A program made the position numbers and the translations under genes. Under the pieces are notes generated by a model. It did not search any database. It saw nothing but the letters and a program-made list of their open reading frames with translations, and was not told the DNA's origin. Below, one piece after another: positions 56,237-64,000 of a stretch of 64,000 nt of DNA (position 1 is the first letter of the stretch; each line of letters opens with the position of its first letter). The stretch spans positions 77,192-141,191 of the forward strand of contig CALRZN010000002.1 in the NCBI GenBank assembly GCA_943372645.1. Direction: 5' to 3'. This stretch comes from Chitinophaga pinensis (lineage in GTDB: Bacteria; Bacteroidota; Bacteroidia; Palsa-965).

Positions 56237-57090
56237 TGGAACCGCTGCACGAACAATTCGTGGAAATAAACGGCGCGCGTATCAATTACGTGCGCTGCGG
56301 AACAGGTTCGCCACTCGTGTTCCTGCACAACGGCGGCGGTTTCTGGCAATCGTGGGAAAAACAGATCCGGTACTTTTCACAAACACACGATTGCATTGCA
56401 TTCGACTGGCCGGGGTTCGGAAAATCCACACCGCACGGAGAAATAGCGATTACACTTGATTTTTATACACGGAGTTTACAGGAAGTGCTTGAACAACTCG
56501 GTATTTCAAACGCTTCGCTCATCGGCAACTGCATCGGCGCTTCGGTAGCCATTCAGTATAAACAACTGCATCCGCAGCGCGTGAACAAACTGATAGTGCA
56601 AAACATCTGCCCGGGCCGGCGTATTTTTCCGAATGCATTTGCCGCAAAAATCTTCCGCGGTATTTCCAAAAAGAAATTGCTGCGGCGCACAGGCATAAAC
56701 GTATTCGCATTCCTGCTGCCACGCCCGCCCATGAAAAACAAATCGCCGCGCATCCTGTTTGGTAAAACCTACAACGCGTCCGATCCGCTCGTGCAAATGT
56801 ATAACACGACTTTTGCCCGCCCCTTCATCACACGCAGCCGCGCCGCAATGTTGTTCGATGTAGATACATTTACGCTCGCTGATTTTCTGCAGCCTGCATT
56901 TGATACCGGTAACGTAACGCTGCTGTGGGGCAAAGAAAACAACGTTGCTGCTTTTGAAAAAGAAGGTCGATACCACCAGCAACTGCTCGGTCTGGAAAGC
57001 ATTCAGCCCGTTGAAGGCGGAGGCCACCTGTGCATGTACGAATGCCCGGACGCTGTGAACGAAACGATTGCAGCAGCCCTGCGCAAATAA
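56236..57090 (+). CDS. Alpha/beta-fold hydrolase with Cys nucleophile (G-N-C-I-G)
   Basis: VFLHNGGGFWQSW (oxyanion HGGG-like), LIGNCIGASVA (nucleophile elbow GxCxG rather than GxSxG), HLCMYE near the C-terminus (His). Confidence 0.8.
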   Translation: MEPLHEQFVEINGARINYVRCGTGSPLVFLHNGGGFWQSWEKQIRYFSQTHDCIAFDWPGFGKSTPHGEIAITLDFYTRSLQEVLEQLGISNASLIGNCIGASVAIQYKQLHPQRVNKLIVQNICPGRRIFPNAFAAKIFRGISKKKLLRRTGINVFAFLLPRPPMKNKSPRILFGKTYNASDPLVQMYNTTFARPFITRSRAAMLFDVDTFTLADFLQPAFDTGNVTLLWGKENNVAAFEKEGRYHQQLLGLESIQPVEGGGHLCMYECPDAVNETIAAALRK

Positions 57091-57140
57091 AAAACGACGA
57101 CCGTTTCCGATCGTCGTTTGCTGTTTATTCTTTTTTGAAA

Positions 57141-58820
57141 TTACTTGCCTGGAGCCGGGGGCAGCACACAGGTGGTGAGGTCTGCCGCGGTTGCTTTTTT
57201 CACGTTATCGTAGCCGAGAATCTGTTTCGCAGCGGCGTTTTCCGGATCAATTTTCTGCAGGGCTTCCATGTATGCTTTGGTACAGCCGAAGTTCCCGTTG
57301 TTGTAGTGGTACTGACCCAGGTTACCATACGCATCGGTAAGCTCGCGTTTGTTTTTCACCGCGTCAGCAGCGCCAAGTTCAACTACCTTTTCGAGGTACG
57401 GACGGGCTTTGCCTTCTTTGTTGGTCGGGTCGAGCTTCATGTTGCAGCGGCCTCTCCAGTAATACCCCTGGATGTACGTCGGGCTCAGCTCAACCACTTT
57501 TGCAAAGGCGCTGTCGCCGTCCACATATTTTTCAAGGAAGTAATACGAACGACCGAGGTAGTTGTAGTCGTTTGCAGCCATCTTGGCTCCTGCATTCTTT
57601 TTCCGCAGGATGTAATTCACGGCATCGCCGTATTTCTTGGCGGTGAAAGACATCACACCCATCGTGTAAAGCAGTTCTTTGCGGGTAGAATCCATTTCGT
57701 ATGCCTTGTTCAGTTCGATTATACCGAGCGAATCTTTTTTCAGCTTCGAGTAAATTTTACCGCGGTATTCGTAGTCATCGCTGATTACTGCCGGGCGGCC
57801 TTTTGCTTTGGCTTTCGCCAGGAATTTATCGTTGTTCACCAGTGCCATGTCGTACTTGCCGGTTTCAAACTGGCACCAGTTGAGTACGCGGTACAACACC
57901 ACTACCGAAGAGTCGCGCTGCTGGGCATTGGAAATCATTTCAATGGCTTTTTCGTATTCCCCGATGAGGTACAGAAATGTACCGTAACGGCCTAATGCAT
58001 CCGGGTCGCCGGCGTTCAGGTTCAGGTATTTTTCATAGTTTTCTACGCCGCCTTTGTAGTTTTTCTGACGGTAGAGTGCTTCTGCTTTACCGCGATATGC
58101 CGGGGCATAGGTGGGATCGCAGGCAATGGCCTGGTCAAATGCTTCAATGGCCAGCACCAGGTTTTTCGCGTTGATCCAGAGAATACCGATGCGGTAATCG
58201 GCCTGGCACAGTTTCGGGTTGATTTCTTTTGCTTTTTTATACGAAGCAATTGCTTTCGATCCGTTCATTACATCGGTCGCAAAAACATCGCCGCGCAGCA
58301 TGTGCACATCTGCATTTTTTGCATCCAGTTTTTCAGCGGCCGCAAGCAGGTTGTTTGCTTCTTCCAGGTTTTTGGTAGGGCCGTTTACCCATGCTTCTGC
58401 AATCTGGAGGTAAACCACGGCCTGTTTGTTTGCAGGAATACTTTTCGCCTGCGTCTGCATAAGCATTTTGGCTTCCTGGAAATATTTTGTGGCTTCGGTG
58501 TTTTTACCGGTATACGCATAATAACGACCCAGTCCCACTTTCGAAAGCGGGTTGGAAGCGTTGAGTGCATCGCCCTGTTTGAAAACGATGAGCGCCGAGT
58601 CGTTGTAACCCGATTTGATGTAGTTTTCACCATACCAGAAATAATAATCGCCGTTATTCGGTTCGGCCTGCACCAGCTTTTTGTAAGCCGCGGTGGCCAT
58701 GCTGTAACGTTCGTTATCGGTAAGTTTCAGTGCATCCTGTAAGGTCTGCGCCTGAACATGACCGGCAGCCAGTAAAAGCACTGCGGTCTTTATGAGCGTT
58801 TTCATAGTTGTCTTTTTCAC
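57141..58820 (-). CDS. Secreted TPR-repeat protein
   Basis: Signal peptide MKKTTMKTLIKTAVLLLAAGHVQA and about 10 TPR units. Confidence 0.78.
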   Translation of the reverse strand: MKKTTMKTLIKTAVLLLAAGHVQAQTLQDALKLTDNERYSMATAAYKKLVQAEPNNGDYYFWYGENYIKSGYNDSALIVFKQGDALNASNPLSKVGLGRYYAYTGKNTEATKYFQEAKMLMQTQAKSIPANKQAVVYLQIAEAWVNGPTKNLEEANNLLAAAEKLDAKNADVHMLRGDVFATDVMNGSKAIASYKKAKEINPKLCQADYRIGILWINAKNLVLAIEAFDQAIACDPTYAPAYRGKAEALYRQKNYKGGVENYEKYLNLNAGDPDALGRYGTFLYLIGEYEKAIEMISNAQQRDSSVVVLYRVLNWCQFETGKYDMALVNNDKFLAKAKAKGRPAVISDDYEYRGKIYSKLKKDSLGIIELNKAYEMDSTRKELLYTMGVMSFTAKKYGDAVNYILRKKNAGAKMAANDYNYLGRSYYFLEKYVDGDSAFAKVVELSPTYIQGYYWRGRCNMKLDPTNKEGKARPYLEKVVELGAADAVKNKRELTDAYGNLGQYHYNNGNFGCTKAYMEALQKIDPENAAAKQILGYDNVKKATAADLTTCVLPPAPGK

Positions 58821-58896
58821 TTATTTGTCGTTTGTGCGATTCGCTGAACCTCCTGTGGTCGTGGCTTTGCGGGAAACAAAGCTAATAAAATTGATG

Positions 58897-59841
58897 TTAA
58901 TCTGCTTTTATCTCAATCTTACGCTCTGGTTGCCGCGCCGGTACCAATCCCGATTTCAGAATGATGAGCTGACCGCGTTCCGTTGATACAAAGGAAACAA
59001 AGCCCGTGCCAAGCGATGTATAAACGCCGGGTTTCACAATCCATACTTCGCGGCGGAAGGGATAAGTACTGTCGCCGATAAACGTTTGCCAGGGCGGTAC
59101 AAACTGCGCCGTGTCGCTGCTCCGGAGCGAAACCACGTTCACTTTTCCGCGCAGGGCACGGCAGGTGGAATCGTCTTTATCACTGATCCAGTTTACGGCC
59201 ACAAAACCGATTGCACCGGCATGTTCGCTCACGTATTCAATAACGGCTTTATTCGACTTTACCGCATAACAGTTGGGCGAAAAAGGCTTGCCGTTTAACA
59301 ATTTTTCGGATAAATACCGGGAGTTGCCCGAACGATTATTGTCGAAAACCACGGTTATTTTTCCGGCTTTTGAGGTATCGCTGATCTGGTTCCAGGCCGT
59401 ATCCTGTCCGAGCAGCAGGCGTTTGATTTGTTCGGTTGAAAGTTTCGTGTTTGTGTTTTTCGGATTCACTACCACGGCAATGGCGTCGTCCATTATTTTT
59501 ATCGTGGTGGGCGTGCGGTTGCGGCCTTCCATGTATTTTTTTTCTTCGGGAGTGAGGTCGCGGCAGATGACGGCTGTTTCGAGCAGGGAATCTTTCAGCA
59601 GGCTTTTTATTACATCGCCTTCGGGCATGTAGGCCACATCAAAATGCGTTTGCGGGTAACTGCTTTCGTAGGTATAAATTTCGGACTGGAACACGGGCTG
59701 CACCGACTCGTCAATACTCACCCGCCCGATGCCCATGGTGGGCAGGTTGTCGCTTCCGCTGCTCAGGCAGCCGCTTAAGCCGGTGAGCAGTAAAACGACG
59801 CTAACGGCGCCTGCGGTTATTGTCCGTATGGTGTTCCTCAT
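58897..59841 (-). CDS. PstS-like phosphate-binding (PBP2) lipoprotein
   Basis: Lipobox LLTGLSGC. Periplasmic-binding-protein type-2 pattern. Conserved position next to tonB/exbD in Bacteroidota. Confidence 0.7.
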   Translation of the reverse strand: MRNTIRTITAGAVSVVLLLTGLSGCLSSGSDNLPTMGIGRVSIDESVQPVFQSEIYTYESSYPQTHFDVAYMPEGDVIKSLLKDSLLETAVICRDLTPEEKKYMEGRNRTPTTIKIMDDAIAVVVNPKNTNTKLSTEQIKRLLLGQDTAWNQISDTSKAGKITVVFDNNRSGNSRYLSEKLLNGKPFSPNCYAVKSNKAVIEYVSEHAGAIGFVAVNWISDKDDSTCRALRGKVNVVSLRSSDTAQFVPPWQTFIGDSTYPFRREVWIVKPGVYTSLGTGFVSFVSTERGQLIILKSGLVPARQPERKIEIKAD

Positions 59842-60067
59842 TTTCTTCCTCCTGGCGCCGGCGTTTTTCCTTTTCCCAGGCGAGCCATGCGCGTAATACG
59901 GACCAGACGATTAATCCAACCCCAACATAATAGCGGTTGGGAGCAGGAACGGTGTCTATCATCAGTTCCGTAAACAAAAATACGAAACCCAGGCTCAGGA
60001 ATGCAACAACCATAATTGCAGCGAGCAATAAGGCAGGCGATCCGAAACCTGGGTTTCTGTATGTCAA
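59801..60067 (-). CDS. Small 2-TM membrane protein with basic/acidic tail (uncertain)
   Basis: 88-aa ORF with two hydrophobic helices. Overlaps the pstS-like start by 41 nt. Confidence 0.3.
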   Translation of the reverse strand: MTYRNPGFGSPALLLAAIMVVAFLSLGFVFLFTELMIDTVPAPNRYYVGVGLIVWSVLRAWLAWEKEKRRRQEEENEEHHTDNNRRRR

Positions 60068-60078
60068 TTTATACGGTA

Positions 60079-60885
60079 TTAACGAAGCACAAACTTCACC
60101 GGAACGCTGCAGGATACGCGAACGGGGCGGCCCTGCATTTTACCGGGTTGCCACTTCGGCATCGCTTTGATTACGCGGATTGCTTCTTTGGTGAGGCCGG
60201 GGCCGGTTTTTACTTCTTTAATTGCTTTCACATCCGACACACTGCCATCGCGTTCAACAACGAACGAGATGTAAACAGTACCCTGTATCTGGTTTTCTTT
60301 TTCGTAACCCGGATAGGTAATGTTTTTCTGCAGGTAGCTCATCAGGGCAGCGTCACCACCGGGGAAACCGGCCGGATCTTCTACCGCCATGAACACTTCA
60401 TTGCTTTCTTCCTCAACCTTGTTGTTGGTTTCCACAATTTCGTCCACTTTGGCATCTTTGTCGCCTTCCTGGTCTTTGTCGCCAACGTTGGTCTGGTTTA
60501 CCTGCTCCTGTGTTGGAGGCGGTTCTTCCACATTTTCTTCAACCACAGGCACCGTAAACTGGATCGTTTCGATCTGCTGTGGTGGTGGTGGCGGTGGTGG
60601 CGGCGGTGGCGGTGGCGGCGGTTCCTTCTCCATCGGAGGGGGTTCCGTCAGGTTTACATTTGTAATGGTAACGAGCTCCGGTGCTTCGTCATCACCGCTG
60701 CCGAAAAGTGTAATCAGCATGGGTGTTCCTGCACCGATCAGCATGGCCGAACAGCCGATACCGAGTGCGATGAGCAGCGCGGCATGGTAGTTTCTGCGAA
60801 GCTGGAATGCGCCGTAATTTTTATTACGACCCTCGAACACGAGTTCATTCCGCTCTCCGGTTACTGCATCATTCCATGTTTCCAT
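60079..60885 (-). CDS. tonB: TonB energy transducer
   Basis: N-terminal TM anchor, poly-Pro spacer (PPPPPPPPPPPPPP) and C-terminal TonB domain (…YPGYEKENQIQGTVYISFVVERDGSVSDVKA…). Confidence 0.85.
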   Translation of the reverse strand: METWNDAVTGERNELVFEGRNKNYGAFQLRRNYHAALLIALGIGCSAMLIGAGTPMLITLFGSGDDEAPELVTITNVNLTEPPPMEKEPPPPPPPPPPPPPPQQIETIQFTVPVVEENVEEPPPTQEQVNQTNVGDKDQEGDKDAKVDEIVETNNKVEEESNEVFMAVEDPAGFPGGDAALMSYLQKNITYPGYEKENQIQGTVYISFVVERDGSVSDVKAIKEVKTGPGLTKEAIRVIKAMPKWQPGKMQGRPVRVSCSVPVKFVLR

Positions 60886-60916
60886 GATTGATCAGATTTT
60901 TTGTTTAACTGTTTCT

Positions 60917-61600
60917 TTATTTTGCGGGCGCTGCTGCTGCTTCAGGAACCAACCCGGTAATGGGTTTTCCCAGCTTGCGGTAGAGCACAATTTTTTCTGC
61001 AACTGAAATGTCAACCAGTGCATAACGACCGATGTCTGCGATTTTCAGTTCATCAATCGCATCCACCACGGTGCGGTAAGGCGCTTCCCCTGTTGTTTTT
61101 ACGATTACAAACGGCGCTTTCACATCTTCTTCCTTCACTTTCGCCTGTTTTTCGTCGTACTGTTCCTGCGTCAGTTCTTTCCGCGCAAACTGCATACGCA
61201 GGTCGTTGATTTTGTCAACAACGTTTTTGTTGCGTTTCAGCAGCAGTTTACGGAATCCTTCCGCAGAAAGGTCGGTTTCGGTAAGCTGTGTGGTTTCGAG
61301 CACAAACTTCCCGGTGTAATAAAACACCTTGTCGTTTTTGGTCGAATCGAGCAGCAGGGTGATCGCGAGATCGTCGTCCACCTTCGACTGCTTTTCCTGG
61401 TCTTTCGTGTCTTTCGGCACACTCATCTCGATGGCTTTGGGCTTTGAGAATTGTGTCGTAAGCATGAAGAAGGTCAGCAGCAGTGCGGCGAGATCCACCA
61501 TCGGTGTCATGTCCACACGGGTCGATGATTTCTTGGCGCGTTTCTTCTGGTGTTTACCTTTACCATGTCCACCGCCATCATCGGTATTGAGTTCTGCCAT
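60917..61600 (-). CDS. exbD: Biopolymer transport protein ExbD/TolR, paralog 3
   Basis: DMTPMVDLAALLLTFFMLTTQF (ExbD TM signature with conserved Asp). Confidence 0.85.
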   Translation of the reverse strand: MAELNTDDGGGHGKGKHQKKRAKKSSTRVDMTPMVDLAALLLTFFMLTTQFSKPKAIEMSVPKDTKDQEKQSKVDDDLAITLLLDSTKNDKVFYYTGKFVLETTQLTETDLSAEGFRKLLLKRNKNVVDKINDLRMQFARKELTQEQYDEKQAKVKEEDVKAPFVIVKTTGEAPYRTVVDAIDELKIADIGRYALVDISVAEKIVLYRKLGKPITGLVPEAAAAPAK

Positions 61601-61638
61601 TTTCTTTTATCGTTAAATGATTGAACGTTTCTGTTTAG

Positions 61639-62259
61639 TTATTTCTGCGCGGTTAATTCTTCCCGGTGCAGCATTTCCGTTTCTGCTTTGCTCATGTCGG
61701 TGATGGCGTACTGTTTCACGTTGGTGATGTTCAGTTCGTCAATCACATCCACCACGGTTTCGTACCTTGCTTTGTCGCCTGTTTTGATAACTACAGGAAA
61801 CGCTTTGGTATGATCCGCATAAAGCGCGTCGATTTGGTCTTTCAATGCATCTTCCGATAAACGTCCATTTTTAAACTCGCCCTGAAGCGCTTTTACCTGA
61901 TCGTTTACCTGGTTGTTTCTTTCAAAGAGCAGTTTGCGAAGCCCCGTATTGGAGAGGCTTACATGCTTAAGACGCGAAACATCCTCAAACTTCCCAAAGT
62001 AATAGTAAATTTTTTCTTCGGGGGCATCAATAAGAACCGTCATTGTTCCTTTCGGCCATGGTGTTGGCTGGCCTTTTTCGGCCGGGAACGACACTTCCAT
62101 CACCTTGAATTTGGTGAAGACAGTGGTGAGCATAAAGAACGTAAGCAAAAGGGCAGCGAGATCAACCATGGGTGTCATATCCACACGTCCTGCTGCACGT
62201 ACGCTGCGGCGTTTCTTCCCGCGGCGCTTTCCCGACTCACTCTGCATGATTTCAGCCAT
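61639..62259 (-). CDS. exbD: Biopolymer transport protein ExbD/TolR, paralog 2
   Basis: DMTPMVDLAALLLTFFMLTTVF. 206 aa. Confidence 0.85.
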   Translation of the reverse strand: MAEIMQSESGKRRGKKRRSVRAAGRVDMTPMVDLAALLLTFFMLTTVFTKFKVMEVSFPAEKGQPTPWPKGTMTVLIDAPEEKIYYYFGKFEDVSRLKHVSLSNTGLRKLLFERNNQVNDQVKALQGEFKNGRLSEDALKDQIDALYADHTKAFPVVIKTGDKARYETVVDVIDELNITNVKQYAITDMSKAETEMLHREELTAQK

Positions 62260-62285
62260 GATCTTCTCTCCTGTCCGTTCTTGTT

Positions 62286-62939
62286 TTACTTCGCTTCCTG
62301 GCTGGTTACCAGGTTAAAGCGGTAGATGTCCTGCATTTTAAAAATCGCAACCACATCTTTCACTTTTTTGTAAGCAGTTGCACCATCGGCTTTGATGGCA
62401 AAGCGCAGATCCGCTTTTTTATAGTTCGGATCTTCATTCACTTTGTTTTCCTGGATGGCAGCGTGGTGACGGCGACCGAGGTTGATCCAGAATGCAAGCT
62501 GGTTCTTCTCGGTGAGTGCCGTGTCCATCGGGATGCCTTTCGAGGCATTGTCAATGGCCTTCCGTTTATCCGCTTTCATGTCAATGTACGCTGGCAGTTC
62601 CGCTACGGGCAAACCTACTGAGGTCATTTTCGAGAACGTAATTTTCTGCTGTTCTGTGAAAGGAACCTTGTACTGTGTGCCGAGGTCGGAGATCAGCTTG
62701 TAGCGTACTTCCTGCCCGTCAATGGTGTAGAATACGCGTCCCGCGGTGTCGATGGTAATGAGCATCGTATTGTCCGGCAGGATTTTGTCCGAAGTGGATT
62801 TCGGCGTATCTACCATTACCGGTTCTTCGTTCCGGAACGTGGCAGTGAGCATGAAGAACGTCACCAGCAGGAAGAACAGATCCACCATCGGTGTCATATC
62901 CAGCGACGGGCTGCTTCTGGGTGCTTTGATCTTCGGCAT
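62286..62939 (-). CDS. exbD: Biopolymer transport protein ExbD/TolR, paralog 1 (divergent)
   Basis: DMTPMVDLFFLLVTFFMLTATF. 217 aa. Confidence 0.8.
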   Translation of the reverse strand: MPKIKAPRSSPSLDMTPMVDLFFLLVTFFMLTATFRNEEPVMVDTPKSTSDKILPDNTMLITIDTAGRVFYTIDGQEVRYKLISDLGTQYKVPFTEQQKITFSKMTSVGLPVAELPAYIDMKADKRKAIDNASKGIPMDTALTEKNQLAFWINLGRRHHAAIQENKVNEDPNYKKADLRFAIKADGATAYKKVKDVVAIFKMQDIYRFNLVTSQEAK

Positions 62940-62974
62940 AGTTAAATTGTTTTAGTGAACTGTTCCGTAATAAA

Positions 62975-63775
62975 TTACTTGTTTTCGCCGTGTTTCGAAG
63001 CGAAGGTCTGGATGATGCTGAAATTCGCTTCGTCCATACCGTAAGTGAGCGCATCAATACGGGTCGAGAACACGTTGTACATTACGATAGCAAGGGCCGA
63101 ACCGATGATACCGAATGCGGTGTTCCAGAGAGCTTCCGAGATACCGGTTGCGAGTGCGTTTGCGTCAGGAGCACCTGCTTTTGCAAGCGCCGAGAACGCT
63201 TTGATCATACCGAATACAGTACCGATAAGACCAACGAGTGTGGATACCGAAGCCATGGTAGAAAGGATAACGAGGTTTTTCGAAAGCATCGGAAGTTCGA
63301 GCGCGGTGGCTTCTTCCTGGTCTTTCTGGATGGCCTGCAGTTTCATTTCTTTGTCCATAGAACCATCGTTTTCAACCATTTTGTATTTCACGAGGCCCGA
63401 ACGAACTACGTTGGCAAGTGAACCACGCTGACGGTCGCATTCTGCAATAGCTTCGTCAACACGGTTGTTTGCAATCAGGCTGCGGATGTTACGCACGAAC
63501 GAGGCGATGTTGCCACGGCCGTTTGCACGGAAAATGGTAATGGCACGCTCAATAGAAAAGGTAATTACAATGAGGTTAATACCCATCAGGATAGGTACAA
63601 TAACACCACCGTCATATATCGCACCAAAGGTATTCAGCGGTTTATGTGTAACCGGGTCAACACCGATAGCACCGAACAGGAAATACAGTGCGACACCGAT
63701 GCCGAAGCATACCAACATTGCAAGAATTGTAAAAAGCGATTTGAAGCCGCCATCAGTTTTTCCAGAATTGCTCAT
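62975..63775 (-). CDS. exbB: MotA/TolQ/ExbB proton-channel protein
   Basis: 266 aa, 3 TM helices. C-terminal conserved …GLIGTVFGMIKAF…ALWNTAFGII… pattern of ExbB/TolQ. Confidence 0.88.
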   Translation of the reverse strand: MSNSGKTDGGFKSLFTILAMLVCFGIGVALYFLFGAIGVDPVTHKPLNTFGAIYDGGVIVPILMGINLIVITFSIERAITIFRANGRGNIASFVRNIRSLIANNRVDEAIAECDRQRGSLANVVRSGLVKYKMVENDGSMDKEMKLQAIQKDQEEATALELPMLSKNLVILSTMASVSTLVGLIGTVFGMIKAFSALAKAGAPDANALATGISEALWNTAFGIIGSALAIVMYNVFSTRIDALTYGMDEANFSIIQTFASKHGENK

Positions 63776-64000
63776 AATGGATTTCGTTTTTAGTTTGTAT
63801 TAGTTAGACGTTGCGTTTTGTTTTTGGATGCCCGACCTGGCATCCCCCTGCATCCGGAAAAACGACGAGCAGTAATCTTTCCCCCGTTTACAGGCCGCCA
63901 AACATAGCAAAACTTCCTTAATTGTGAAAGCCGGCAGCGCCGGGAATCCGGGTTTTTACCTCTGAATTCCGAATGTTAGGACGCAAAAAAGGGAAAAAGG

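Noticed and set aside
57030-57995. 321-aa plus-strand ORF
   Set aside because: Overlaps the alpha/beta hydrolase 3' end and runs antisense through the secreted TPR protein gene. It has no recognisable domain.
60580-60625. Tandem ccgccaccg-type DNA repeat
   Set aside because: It simply encodes the poly-proline spacer of TonB (PPPPPPPPPPPPPP). It is a coding low-complexity region, not a CRISPR or VNTR feature of regulatory interest.
60016-60891. 291-aa plus-strand ORF with WWWWRWWRRWRWRR
   Set aside because: Antisense to tonB. The Trp/Arg run is the reverse complement of the poly-Pro spacer (ccgcca repeats).

Overview
This 64 kb window is a chromosomal segment from a Bacteroidota genome. Evidence for the phylum: many secreted proteins end in T9SS (Por) C-terminal sorting domains, there is a Bacteroidetes-style exbB-exbD(x3)-tonB-pstS-TPR cluster, and promoter-like motifs resemble TAnnTTTG. 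GC content looks roughly 50% by eye and is not computed. Coding density is high on both strands, and calls rest on motif reading of the six-frame ORFs. Main contents: (1) a cyanophycin metabolism locus with pyk, an outer membrane protein, iaaA, cphB and glnS on the minus strand and a divergent cphA; (2) a methyltransferase, two tandem CAP-domain paralogs, outer membrane proteins and a DUF4476 protein; (3) nth fused to a Lys/Ala-rich tail, an SDR, and a tandem DUF3494 (ice-binding-like) T9SS protein; (4) an intact tRNA-Ala(GGC) followed by several degenerate tRNA-Ala-derived copies whose anticodon arm is replaced by unrelated hairpins, with a small GIY-YIG nuclease ORF that ends inside a tRNA D-loop remnant; (5) housekeeping and envelope genes (ybjQ, GyrI-like, HxlR regulator, flippase, dut, nucleotidyltransferase, TPR/DUF4292/M23 cluster, ppk1-ppx-plsC); (6) a sixA-like gene flanked by two related large palindromic elements, and a histidine phosphatase gene flanked by a 39-bp direct repeat that duplicates the 3' end of plsC; (7) a ClC channel, a stand-alone ThrC-like PLP enzyme with a zinc ribbon, and a block of T9SS cargo genes (polysaccharide deacetylase, beta-propeller proteins, S1/P1 nuclease, C1 peptidase) with a TMTC-like glycosyltransferase; (8) a compact, translationally coupled putative biosynthetic operon (SDR epimerase, MBL hydrolase, F390-synthetase-like adenylating enzyme, KAS III, membrane sulfotransferase, Cys-nucleophile alpha/beta hydrolase), which I rate the most interesting candidate for an undescribed system; (9) pstS-like, tonB, three exbD paralogs and exbB. 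No rRNA, CRISPR array or classical transposase was seen.
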